Source: an uncultured virus (IMG/VR IMGVR_UViG_3300020048_000013)
Taxonomy: Duplodnaviria > Heunggongvirae > Uroviricota > Caudoviricetes
IMG/VR virus record: IMGVR_UViG_3300020048_000013
Length of the DNA: 64,000 nucleotides
Reading direction: 5' to 3' (one strand)
The notes beneath the pieces are model-generated. The model saw only the letters and a program-made list of their open reading frames with translations. It made no database searches and was not told the origin of the DNA. Shown piece after piece: positions 51,670-60,065 of the stretch. The first letter of the stretch is position 1. Each line of letters starts with the position of its first letter. The translations under genes and the position numbers were made by a program.

Positions 51670-51846
51670 TTATAATTTATTGATTGGAGTGTTCAAATTA
51701 TTCCACAAAACTTTACATGCCCACAACGATGTCTCACTAACAGCTTCGTTTCCACAACTGCAATACACTTTATGTTCTGATTTATATGCAGTGTGTGTAG
51801 ATTTTGTTTTTGGTATTTTCTCGCATTTACTACATCTCTTAATCAT
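51670..51846 (-). CDS. Small Lar-like zinc-finger protein (58 aa)
   Basis: Hand translation MIKRCSKC...YCSCG...LWN. Confidence 0.55.
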   Translation of the reverse strand: MIKRCSKCEKIPKTKSTHTAYKSEHKVYCSCGNEAVSETSLWACKVLWNNLNTPINKL

Positions 51847-51897
51847 AATAATCCTTTTTATTATAATAAGAGAACAAAATGGATATTGTTAAATATT

Positions 51898-52077
51898 TTA
51901 TTTTTTGTTATCGGTTATTACATCGCCCCAATTAAATAATATACCGCATCTTTCACAATAATATTTCTTTTCGTCTCTATTATGAAATTTCCATCCACAT
52001 TTATCACAGCAATACATTTCATACCATCCGACTAAAGGGTCTTTTATACTTTCTACGTATTTAACATTTTTATCCAT
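51898..52077 (-). CDS. Small zinc-ribbon protein (59 aa)
   Basis: Hand translation with CDKCG...YCERCG. Confidence 0.55.
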   Translation of the reverse strand: MDKNVKYVESIKDPLVGWYEMYCCDKCGWKFHNRDEKKYYCERCGILFNWGDVITDNKK

Positions 52078-52095
52078 TTTGTTCTTCCTTATTAA

Positions 52096-53148
52096 TTATA
52101 TTTCAACCACTTTAAACAATTTCGCGCCATTATAATTGACTCTTTCGATTAATTTTTTTGTATAAGAATAAAAATGCATTGATCCGTTAAGATAAATCAT
52201 ATACATTCCTGGACATTTGCTATTAACTAGTCCTCCAGTATACATGTATATATCTCCATTTATCAACAATTCATTCTTCCCGACTTCAACAAATTTATAT
52301 TTTTTATTTGTTTTTTCGGCAATACTAACAAGCAATCTTTCGAACTGTTTTGAATAATAAAATACGATATCCTTTTCTACAATTATACCTTTACTTCTTC
52401 CATAAAAAGAAATGACACCATCTGGAACTAACAATTCTTCTGGTTTCGATTTTTCTTCAATCACAACAGCATCCAAAACATTTATAAGCATGCCGTCTTT
52501 TGTGACGTAAAATGTTTCTTTTCTATCAATAACATCAACAACAATTCCCACATCGTCTCTATACCACATACAATTTTCTCCACATTTGGTAATTCTGACT
52601 TTTTTTGTCGTGGTTTTGTTCAATTTAGTGACAAATTTTGTCCACCACCAAATTCTTTGACCGTCTTTAAATTTCAAAAGAACGGTTTCGCCAGACGCTT
52701 CAGCGGCATTTTTTTCTATTATTGCTGTTTTTCCAATAAATGTTCTCTTGTATCCAGTAGAACCATTTATAATTTTTACTTCGTCTCCGATTTGTAGCAT
52801 TTTGTTCTCCTTGTTTTTTATTATTTTCTCGAAACATTGATAAGGAAGCATAATATTTTTATCCTTATCAAAATCCACAATATATTCACCAAAAGGGATT
52901 ATGAGCCTTTTCTTCAACTGCCCAACCATTCCATCCCAAACAGTACCTTTTATTTTTACCCATTCCCCAATAGAAAAATCTGAACTTTTATTTACTTCCT
53001 CACAATCTGATTTATCAATCAACCAACAAGTATCAATTACTTTATAGCTTTTTTTATATCTATCAGATTGTTTTACTTCAAATATTTCTCCTATTCTCTT
53101 TTCATACCAATAAGTTGGTTTTTTGCATTTAATTATTCTTACTTTCAT
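52096..53148 (-). CDS. Hypothetical protein of repeated SH3/KOW-like modules
   Basis: KVRI.KC....WY twice and IG..VKI twice; start chosen by AAGGAG RBS. Confidence 0.6.
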   Translation of the reverse strand: MKVRIIKCKKPTYWYEKRIGEIFEVKQSDRYKKSYKVIDTCWLIDKSDCEEVNKSSDFSIGEWVKIKGTVWDGMVGQLKKRLIIPFGEYIVDFDKDKNIMLPYQCFEKIIKNKENKMLQIGDEVKIINGSTGYKRTFIGKTAIIEKNAAEASGETVLLKFKDGQRIWWWTKFVTKLNKTTTKKVRITKCGENCMWYRDDVGIVVDVIDRKETFYVTKDGMLINVLDAVVIEEKSKPEELLVPDGVISFYGRSKGIIVEKDIVFYYSKQFERLLVSIAEKTNKKYKFVEVGKNELLINGDIYMYTGGLVNSKCPGMYMIYLNGSMHFYSYTKKLIERVNYNGAKLFKVVEI

Positions 53149-53149
53149 T

Positions 53150-53794
53150 TTATTCTCCTTTATTAAAATATAGTAATGTAGGGCTATCTTTTTTGATATC
53201 ATCTTTCTTCATAATCTTTCCTGTTCTTTCTTCCCACAGTTTACGAAAAGTTATTTCATCAAATTTTTTTGTTATGATATGATGACCGTTTACTGTAGGA
53301 ACTACACACAAAATCTTGTCTCCCTGTTCTGTTGGTCGAACATCTTTTAAAATAGTTACTAAATTATTAGAAAAATTAATAAATTCTACGGCATCACTAT
53401 CATCAAAATCAATTATCCACTTTTCTTTTTTCTCATTATGATATTTACCACAAATAGAATCCCAAGCTCCTTTGTTGCCTTCATAGTTCTCTGTTTCAAT
53501 GTTTTTAGCAACAGCAGATATAAGTTTCATAGAGCATTTTTCAAAGCTTCTTTTATTCAGCCAAAAATATACTCTGGCGTGTGTAGCATTAGCAACTCTT
53601 ATAATATCCTCTTTTTTCTTATCGAACGCATCCAAAGATTTTATGTAGTAATTTCTCACTGGAACATTATTACAATCAGTAGTCCAATCACCATGGTCAT
53701 CTTTCTTTCGTCTGAATAAAGTAACAAAATAAAAATCATCTTTGCTTTCGAAATTTAAAAGAGTTCTTACTGTATCAAAATTATCAACTTTCAT
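53150..53794 (-). CDS. Hypothetical protein with AEP-like motifs
   Basis: WIIDFDD and PTVNGHHII. Confidence 0.5.
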   Translation of the reverse strand: MKVDNFDTVRTLLNFESKDDFYFVTLFRRKKDDHGDWTTDCNNVPVRNYYIKSLDAFDKKKEDIIRVANATHARVYFWLNKRSFEKCSMKLISAVAKNIETENYEGNKGAWDSICGKYHNEKKEKWIIDFDDSDAVEFINFSNNLVTILKDVRPTEQGDKILCVVPTVNGHHIITKKFDEITFRKLWEERTGKIMKKDDIKKDSPTLLYFNKGE

Positions 53795-53795
53795 T

Positions 53796-54050
53796 TTATC
53801 CCCACCATTTTTTATTCAAATATTTAAAAATATCTCCGCCAAACACTGCAATCATAACTTCTTCGTATACATATTGATTATCATCGTCGTCTGGTTCTTC
53901 CGAATCTATGATATCTTGTGCTAACTTCTTGACATTACTCCAATCAATATCTGCTTTCATTTCTGGTTTTCTCATCTTTGACAATTCTTCATATTTTTTA
54001 CATTCTTTTTCAGTAGCAAATACTTTTCCATCTTATGCAACATATTTCAT
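53796..54050 (-). pseudogene. Small gene with in-frame TAA at codon 6 (or sequence error)
   Basis: MKYVA*DGKVFATEKECKKYEE in frame with track ORF 53796..53984. Confidence 0.55.
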
Positions 54051-54235
54051 GTTATCTCCTTTTCTAATATTATTTCAAAATGATATCTCACGTATCCACG
54101 ACCATCAAATTCATTACATAAATCTTGTTTTAAATTTACCAATCTCCAACCTTTATGACCCTCAGTATTTAAAAAACCTGACATTTCAGGAATAGATAAT
54201 GTTTTAATTACATATACATACTCATATTTTTTCAT
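54047..54235 (-). CDS. Small hypothetical protein (DUF4177-like)
   Basis: KYEY...LN.EG..GW.LV. Confidence 0.55.
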   Translation of the reverse strand: MKKYEYVYVIKTLSIPEMSGFLNTEGHKGWRLVNLKQDLCNEFDGRGYVRYHFEIILEKEIT

Positions 54236-54645
54236 TTATCTTCCTTTTCTAACAAATATTGATGATTATCTATTTCACACTCTACTTCCATATCTTTCAT
54301 CCACGATTTTTTGACTCCTTTCATAACATAATGCGAAGATTTTATCGTGGGTCTAAAGTTGTTATCATACATATGAACAGCAATAATTAAAGAAATCATA
54401 AAATCTAAATTTCTTTTTTCAATTTTCTTCATATTACCTTGTATCAGAATCCATTCATTATAACACGAAAATTGTTTGGGTTTTAAAATTATATCTGCAT
54501 ATGTTTTTGTGCTATCTTTTTTTACAATTTTATCGTATCTGTTTTCAATTACTGAAGCAACTGCAAGTTTTCCTGTAATAGATTCATGCAACGCTTCACT
54601 AAATATTGTGAATGCAATGAGTAATATTTGAAATATTGCCATCAT
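54232..54645 (-). CDS. SleB/Hydrolase_2 cell wall hydrolase
   Basis: IFSEA..E...GKLAVASVIENR, QFSC, IDNHQY. Confidence 0.85.
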   Translation of the reverse strand: MMAIFQILLIAFTIFSEALHESITGKLAVASVIENRYDKIVKKDSTKTYADIILKPKQFSCYNEWILIQGNMKKIEKRNLDFMISLIIAVHMYDNNFRPTIKSSHYVMKGVKKSWMKDMEVECEIDNHQYLLEKEDK

Positions 54646-54668
54646 AAATCCTCAATTTTAATAAATTT

Positions 54669-55328
54669 TTACCACACCCATTCGTCGCCGCGTCTTGTAT
54701 TTCCTAATATCTTTTTCTTTAGATTATCGAGTTCACGAATAATCCCATCTTTTTGAAGTTTGAGTGTTTCATTTTCTTCTCTAAGTTTTTTAACTTCCGA
54801 ATTATCATTCATTAATCCGAATGTTGTATTAATTCCATTTTTAAATATTGCCCATTTTGAGATATATTTATTTAATTCTAATCTTAAAGTTGATATAGTA
54901 TCGTTTGCTTCTTTCAATCTTTTTTCTAATATTTCGATTGTTCCGAGTTTGGTACATTCGCCCATGAGACGTGACATAACATATTTTTGCTGTTCTCTTA
55001 CTTTCCCAGAGCAAATTAATTGAAGTTCTTCTTCAAAAATATTACTGAGTAAGTAGCTGTGACGTTCGTTAATAATCTGATATTTAATATCATTCATTTC
55101 AGATGCTTGACATCTAGAAATACAATAGTCTTGATTTTTGTAACGAACCATATCACCCCTTTCGTATTTAGGAATTCTTGTCAAATCTTTAAATAATACA
55201 TAAATTCGTTCGCCATCTAACCTATCTACTACAGCCATCACACGATTTAGAACATACACATAACTAAATGATGATATAATTCCCTCAATACTTCCACATT
55301 TAACTTTGTCGCCTTTTTTGAAATTCAT
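54669..55328 (-). CDS. Hypothetical protein (SH3-like modules plus coiled coil)
   Basis: FKKGDKV and YERGDMV modules. Confidence 0.6.
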   Translation of the reverse strand: MNFKKGDKVKCGSIEGIISSFSYVYVLNRVMAVVDRLDGERIYVLFKDLTRIPKYERGDMVRYKNQDYCISRCQASEMNDIKYQIINERHSYLLSNIFEEELQLICSGKVREQQKYVMSRLMGECTKLGTIEILEKRLKEANDTISTLRLELNKYISKWAIFKNGINTTFGLMNDNSEVKKLREENETLKLQKDGIIRELDNLKKKILGNTRRGDEWVW

Positions 55329-55356
55329 TTTATCTCTCCTTTTTTAATTTTAAGTA

Positions 55357-55390
55357 AATATAAACAAAAAAAGGGCTAATGTCAAGCCCT
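55357..55390 (-). promoter_or_regulatory. sigma70-type promoter overlapped by the terminator of the pilin-like cluster
   Basis: TTGACA-N17-TATATT; AGGGCT/AGCCCT stem with T runs. Confidence 0.8.
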
Positions 55391-55412
55391 TTTTTAAGTA
55401 TTTTAAACATTT

Positions 55413-57191
55413 TTATTTTCTTATGACATCATTCCAATCATTTATCTTACCAAAAGTTGTAGTTGACCATCTATGATTTCTATTCAAACCATTTGGATCT
55501 TCGTTTGGATGATCTCCTGGACCACTACCACACATTGGTGGCAAAGGCTCGTCGGGTCTTAAATATCTTTGGTCTTGAACAAAAGTCTTAGGCCACTTCT
55601 GTGCAGTATCACTTGGACCACTCATAATTTCCTGTTGGTTGAGAACCATTGTCGGTCCGATATTGATTAAATTCAAATTAGTTCCACCGACACCTTTGGC
55701 ACTCAACTCACCAAATTTTGTTATATATGCCGTAGTAGAAAATATAAGTTTTTCATTCGGGAAGTAAATGGGCGGAACTGTTTTAACAAATTCTGCTTCT
55801 GTCATTCCTAAACAAGCTATTACAGCAAGGTGACCTTTTGGGTCATAAGTAATCATATCTTGCCAAATTTTAGTCAATAAAGCAAATGTTGGTTTCTCTA
55901 ACAGTGAAGTAAATTGTGAATTTAAATAATTCTTTGTTGCTTCCATTTCATATAGATAAAAATTATCTGTTATTAAAACTTGGTCTTTTTCTGTTACTAA
56001 AGTAAAATCATTAGCAGAAACCCCTTGTAAGCTTACTGTTCCATATTTTGCAGATACAGCTATGCCTTTATAAGCCCCTGAATAATCACCTATCTCAATA
56101 GTTTTAATAAGAGAAGATCCATTATATAATTTGGCTCTGGTTCTTGCTTGTCCACTTACAAAATAAGTTTCAATTTTTACTCCTACTGCACTACCAACAG
56201 CAAATTCCGAACCAATAAAATATGTTTTGTTCTGAGCTCCGTATTTAACAACATCTTCCCAAGTCCACACTACATTATCAAGGTTGAGTTCTTTTACATT
56301 CTTTTCATATCCGCCAAGCAATGAAGTGTTTGCTAAAGTCACTGCTTCTGCTTGATTAGAAACCTTTGCGGAATTTATACCCAATCCCAAACCATAATCA
56401 TGAGTAGGGTTGAATAAATTACCATCATTTTTATACCAAGAAGTTTGGTCTGCTGCAGATTTAATTTTTCCGTAGAATACAGGTCCTATTTTACCCGAAC
56501 CAGTAATATAATCAAAATGAACTAATCCATTAAAGTAACATTGACCATATCTCGTGTCTTGTTCGTTAAATCTTCCTTTAACACCATGAAATCCTGCTCC
56601 TGCTAAGGTAGCGTTAATCAATTCGGAATTAATAAACGGTTCGAGTTCGCCTTCGAGTAAATAATTATAAACATTCGACAAGCAAATATTAACTGATTGT
56701 CCTGTCTTATTATCCTTTGCATATGAATCTAAAATCCAAACCGCTTGAGTAGGGAAGCCTTTTCGAGCCCCTTTGTAACGAGCATTATACAATGTATAAT
56801 CTTCTGTATTCAATTCCAATATTTCGTTTTCTGTATTTCCGAATAACAGAGTTGAAGGGTGTAAGTAAACTATATCATTTACTGCCATGTTCTCGCTTTT
56901 TGGAAACAGAGATGTGGAAAATTGTTTACTTGTTTCGTCGTAAGTTTCATTCCCCACTATATAAGGAACGTCGAATCTTTTTCTTGTGCTGTCACTTTGG
57001 TTTACCCACCATCTTACATTATAATTAGAAGCACTTTCTGCCATCCAATATAATTTCAGATTGTCGATATTAGTACTTGTTGCTCTTTGAGTATTTCCTA
57101 CAAGTGCAAGAAATCCCATCGCCATAATCAATAGCACTACGCTAATCATTATCGCCATAATCAAAGAAAAACCTTTTTGCTTTTTCTTCAT
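55413..57191 (-). CDS. PilX/GspK-like large minor pilin (592 aa)
   Basis: MKKKQKG|FSLIM class III signal without Glu5, TM helix, LYWMAESA. Confidence 0.75.
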   Translation of the reverse strand: MKKKQKGFSLIMAIMISVVLLIMAMGFLALVGNTQRATSTNIDNLKLYWMAESASNYNVRWWVNQSDSTRKRFDVPYIVGNETYDETSKQFSTSLFPKSENMAVNDIVYLHPSTLLFGNTENEILELNTEDYTLYNARYKGARKGFPTQAVWILDSYAKDNKTGQSVNICLSNVYNYLLEGELEPFINSELINATLAGAGFHGVKGRFNEQDTRYGQCYFNGLVHFDYITGSGKIGPVFYGKIKSAADQTSWYKNDGNLFNPTHDYGLGLGINSAKVSNQAEAVTLANTSLLGGYEKNVKELNLDNVVWTWEDVVKYGAQNKTYFIGSEFAVGSAVGVKIETYFVSGQARTRAKLYNGSSLIKTIEIGDYSGAYKGIAVSAKYGTVSLQGVSANDFTLVTEKDQVLITDNFYLYEMEATKNYLNSQFTSLLEKPTFALLTKIWQDMITYDPKGHLAVIACLGMTEAEFVKTVPPIYFPNEKLIFSTTAYITKFGELSAKGVGGTNLNLINIGPTMVLNQQEIMSGPSDTAQKWPKTFVQDQRYLRPDEPLPPMCGSGPGDHPNEDPNGLNRNHRWSTTTFGKINDWNDVIRK

Positions 57192-57208
57192 AATTTCACC
57201 TCATTTAG

Positions 57209-57502
57209 TTAGTTAATCATATCTAATGCTTTTTTATACTCCATATTATCTGGGTATAATTTTATTAAATTTTCTATTGCTGATATAATCATATTATATG
57301 TTTTTTCATTTCTCATACCCCTACCAACAATAGTATAAGTAAATCCGTTTATTATTTCTTGTGCTGATAAGTTATAATCATTCACTTCTTTTAGTTCTGC
57401 CACTGTCGGATTTCTGTATGTGGTTCCTCTAAAAATGGTTGGTTTGCTTTCCAAATTTTCTTTTATGAAACTTTCTTTGTAATCTTCAAATATATCTGTC
57501 AT
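57209..57502 (-). CDS. Hypothetical protein with possible capsid-targeting N-terminus
   Basis: IFEDYKES identical to the N-terminus of the gene between gp21 and gp22. Confidence 0.6.
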   Translation of the reverse strand: MTDIFEDYKESFIKENLESKPTIFRGTTYRNPTVAELKEVNDYNLSAQEIINGFTYTIVGRGMRNEKTYNMIISAIENLIKLYPDNMEYKKALDMIN

Positions 57503-57519
57503 TATTTAATCTCCTTTAT

Positions 57520-57651
57520 TTACCATCTTAAATTTTCCCAACTACCCAAAAGAAATATAAACCAAACACCTACAACAGCAAGAGCTAAAATTACAAGACC
57601 ACCGATAATTCCGAAAGTCCATAACAACCAAACAGGTATAATAATAGTCAT
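57520..57651 (-). CDS. Small single-TM protein (43 aa)
   Basis: Hand translation MTIIIPVWLLWTFGIIGGLVILALAVVGVWFIFLLG... Confidence 0.55.
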   Translation of the reverse strand: MTIIIPVWLLWTFGIIGGLVILALAVVGVWFIFLLGSWENLRW

Positions 57652-57908
57652 TTTACATCCTTATATTTTTCTATAAATTTGTAAATATCATCAATTGTTT
57701 CGACATTTTCAGAAATCCTCCAATAAGGATCTTCGTTGGTAGGTGTTTTGTGGGTATAAATAATTTTCCAATCATCTTCAGGTAAATACACAAATCTTTT
57801 ACCATCCACTACCTTTGTAAAACTTTCGTTTATATCCTGCATACTTGACGGATCAACCGAATGTTTTGTTGAATACTCCCATCCCTCTTTTTTTAATCGT
57901 TCTCTCAT
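57648..57908 (-). CDS. Hypothetical protein
   Basis: 86 aa, tightly packed. Confidence 0.6.
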   Translation of the reverse strand: MRERLKKEGWEYSTKHSVDPSSMQDINESFTKVVDGKRFVYLPEDDWKIIYTHKTPTNEDPYWRISENVETIDDIYKFIEKYKDVK

Positions 57909-58520
57909 TTAGTCAGTATCCTTTTTTATATAATGATAATTCTCATAATCCTGTAATCTTTTTATATATTTCATGGATTCTCCGCATTTACCACAAACTT
58001 CACCCATCTTATCACTATCGGAATGTTCATATACATACCTACACTCGTCACAATTTTCAATTTGTTTATTGACAATTTCTATTACTTTATTTTTCTCTAT
58101 TTTAACACCTTTTACTACATAAGCAAAAAATATATCAGAATCATATCCGCTTTTTCCTCTTAGGTCACCGACCCAAACAACTTGCTCTCAGAAATATGTA
58201 ATATGCGAATACCCCATTTCCTTTGCTTCTTTTATCAAACCATTAAAAATTGCTTGTCTGTCGGATTTAGGCAAGGAATACCAACCATACTCTTTTTTAA
58301 AATCTTTAACGAAACCGTCTATCGTTTTATGTTCATCTTTATTATGATAACTATAAACATCATCATATATAATAGGAGGGCTGATTGTTCTTACAGCACA
58401 CATCTTTTCTCCTATAGCCCAATAAGGTTTTCCGTCTATATACCCACAAGGTTTTTCCAACTCTATAATATCTTCTGAAAATTCATAATCTTTAAGATAT
58501 ATTTCTACTTGTTCGCTCAT
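57909..58520 (-). CDS. Candidate selenoprotein (203 aa via UGA at 58188-58190) with C-terminal CxxC-CxxC
   Basis: Frame stays open 92 codons past TGA to a TAA abutting the next ATG; SECIS-like hairpin 11 nt after the TGA. Confidence 0.6.
58160..58176 (-). promoter_or_regulatory. Candidate bacterial SECIS element
   Basis: UUGGGUC-GGU-GACCUAA stem-loop, 11-nt spacer from UGA. Confidence 0.55.
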
Positions 58521-58538
58521 TTTCCATCCCTTTTATTT

Positions 58539-59036
58539 TTACCATATTATGCCGTCTGGGTTTGTTCTGCAATAGAAGGCATTAGTTATATTCGGAATTG
58601 TTAATGTTCCACTTGGGTCAATCATAGAAATTGATAAATCTATTTCGACCTTATGATATGCTCCTGTTATACTTGTTTTAAACGCGTCATTTATATTGTT
58701 TATTTCAAAAGCCTCTGCCCCAATTAGTAAGAAGTCATTTGAATTTCCATTAGCCGACAATCGCATTATCTTTTCGTTTTGAATAGTCCATTTAGTTATG
58801 GTTTTATCTGCATTAAGAATTGATAAGGAAGAGCCATCAGATTCCAATTTAGCCCCGCCTTTAACATCTCTACCAATATCCATCATAAGTCTCTGAACAT
58901 TTGAAGATAACATTGCTTTTCTTGTACTGTCTGAACTAATACTGTTTGAATTAGCAATAACATTAACTATTCCCAAACCAAGAAAACCAACAATCAATGC
59001 TACGACCATAACCTCAATTAGTGTAAATCCTTTCAT
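58539..59036 (-). CDS. PilW/GspJ-like minor pilin
   Basis: MKG|FTLIEVMVVALIVG; M.DIGRDVKGG helix end. Confidence 0.85.
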   Translation of the reverse strand: MKGFTLIEVMVVALIVGFLGLGIVNVIANSNSISSDSTRKAMLSSNVQRLMMDIGRDVKGGAKLESDGSSLSILNADKTITKWTIQNEKIMRLSANGNSNDFLLIGAEAFEINNINDAFKTSITGAYHKVEIDLSISMIDPSGTLTIPNITNAFYCRTNPDGIIW

Positions 59037-59293
59037 TTTTTCACCATATCGTTAAGTATTGTAGATATAATTTTAATATACTTTCTTTCAGGGAATTTTT
59101 TGTTGGTGTCGTTTCCAATATTCCAATGTGAACGAGCAGTCATCAATAAACTTTTTTCTATATCCAATCTATCATTTTCTATATCTTCTACGGATATATT
59201 ACCCTTAGATATCTGTCTTTTGAAATAATGATAATCGTCATCATCAACACCATTAATGATACTTTCATATATTTCGTTTAATCCTTTTTTCAT
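59033..59293 (-). CDS. Hypothetical protein
   Basis: 86 aa, ATGA-coupled on both sides. Confidence 0.6.
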   Translation of the reverse strand: MKKGLNEIYESIINGVDDDDYHYFKRQISKGNISVEDIENDRLDIEKSLLMTARSHWNIGNDTNKKFPERKYIKIISTILNDMVKK

Positions 59294-59643
59294 TTAAAAA
59301 CTTCCTCTGGGTCTTCTAAACTATTCGTTCCGTCAAAAATACAACCTTCTGCTAAAAACTTCTCTATAAAATCATCTGGGGATTGTCCAGGATTTAATGT
59401 ATGAACAATAAATCCGTTTTCTTCTGTAATTAATGAATCTTTTTCAGAAACAGCACCATTATATTTTGAACCATATTCCCCAGTAATCTTTTTAGTAACT
59501 GGGTCGACATCGCCCCAAGTTCTTTCAGTATAATTACTTATGGTTTCAATATAATAATTCTTTCCCGTCTTCAAATCTTTAACAATACATCTTCCAGTTT
59601 CGTCTGTATTTGTTAAAAATTGTTTATTGAAGTTTTTATTCAC
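59290..59643 (-). CDS. Phage hypothetical protein
   Basis: DETGR...WGDVDP...YGSKY.GAV...SLITEENGF. Confidence 0.65.
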   Translation of the reverse strand: MNKNFNKQFLTNTDETGRCIVKDLKTGKNYYIETISNYTERTWGDVDPVTKKITGEYGSKYNGAVSEKDSLITEENGFIVHTLNPGQSPDDFIEKFLAEGCIFDGTNSLEDPEEVFK

Positions 59644-59646
59644 TTC

Positions 59647-60057
59647 TTACTCCGTATCATTAGTGAAAGTTCTTGCTTTCAATTCATTTTTTCCGTTCAC
59701 TTCTATCCATTCTACAGTTGCTTCAATTTCTGTCGTTGGAGTGGTTGGTGTCGGGTGTAATAGTCTTGTTGCTCTAAATGTCAACAAATATTCTCTCGAT
59801 TGATTTTCTGCTAAATATTTTGTTATAACTTTAGGAGTTGTTGAATAAGGAATAACAAAATCCAACAATGCTGTTGCTGTTGATAGTCTTTGAATTTCCT
59901 CGAAGTGTTCGTTTATTATTAGTGATGCGTTTGTCAAATTAGAATTATGAATCTGTAATCTTTGACAATAAACAAACGACATTAACATCCCTGTTATTGT
60001 GATTACTAATATCAGGGATGTTACGAGTACTTCTATTAATGTAAATGCTTTCTTCAT
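59647..60057 (-). CDS. PilV/GspI-like minor pilin
   Basis: MKKA|FTLIEVLVTSLIL; A..I.....EEI helix; C-terminal IEATVEW strand. Confidence 0.85.
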   Translation of the reverse strand: MKKAFTLIEVLVTSLILVITITGMLMSFVYCQRLQIHNSNLTNASLIINEHFEEIQRLSTATALLDFVIPYSTTPKVITKYLAENQSREYLLTFRATRLLHPTPTTPTTEIEATVEWIEVNGKNELKARTFTNDTE

Positions 60058-60065
60058 ACTATTAT

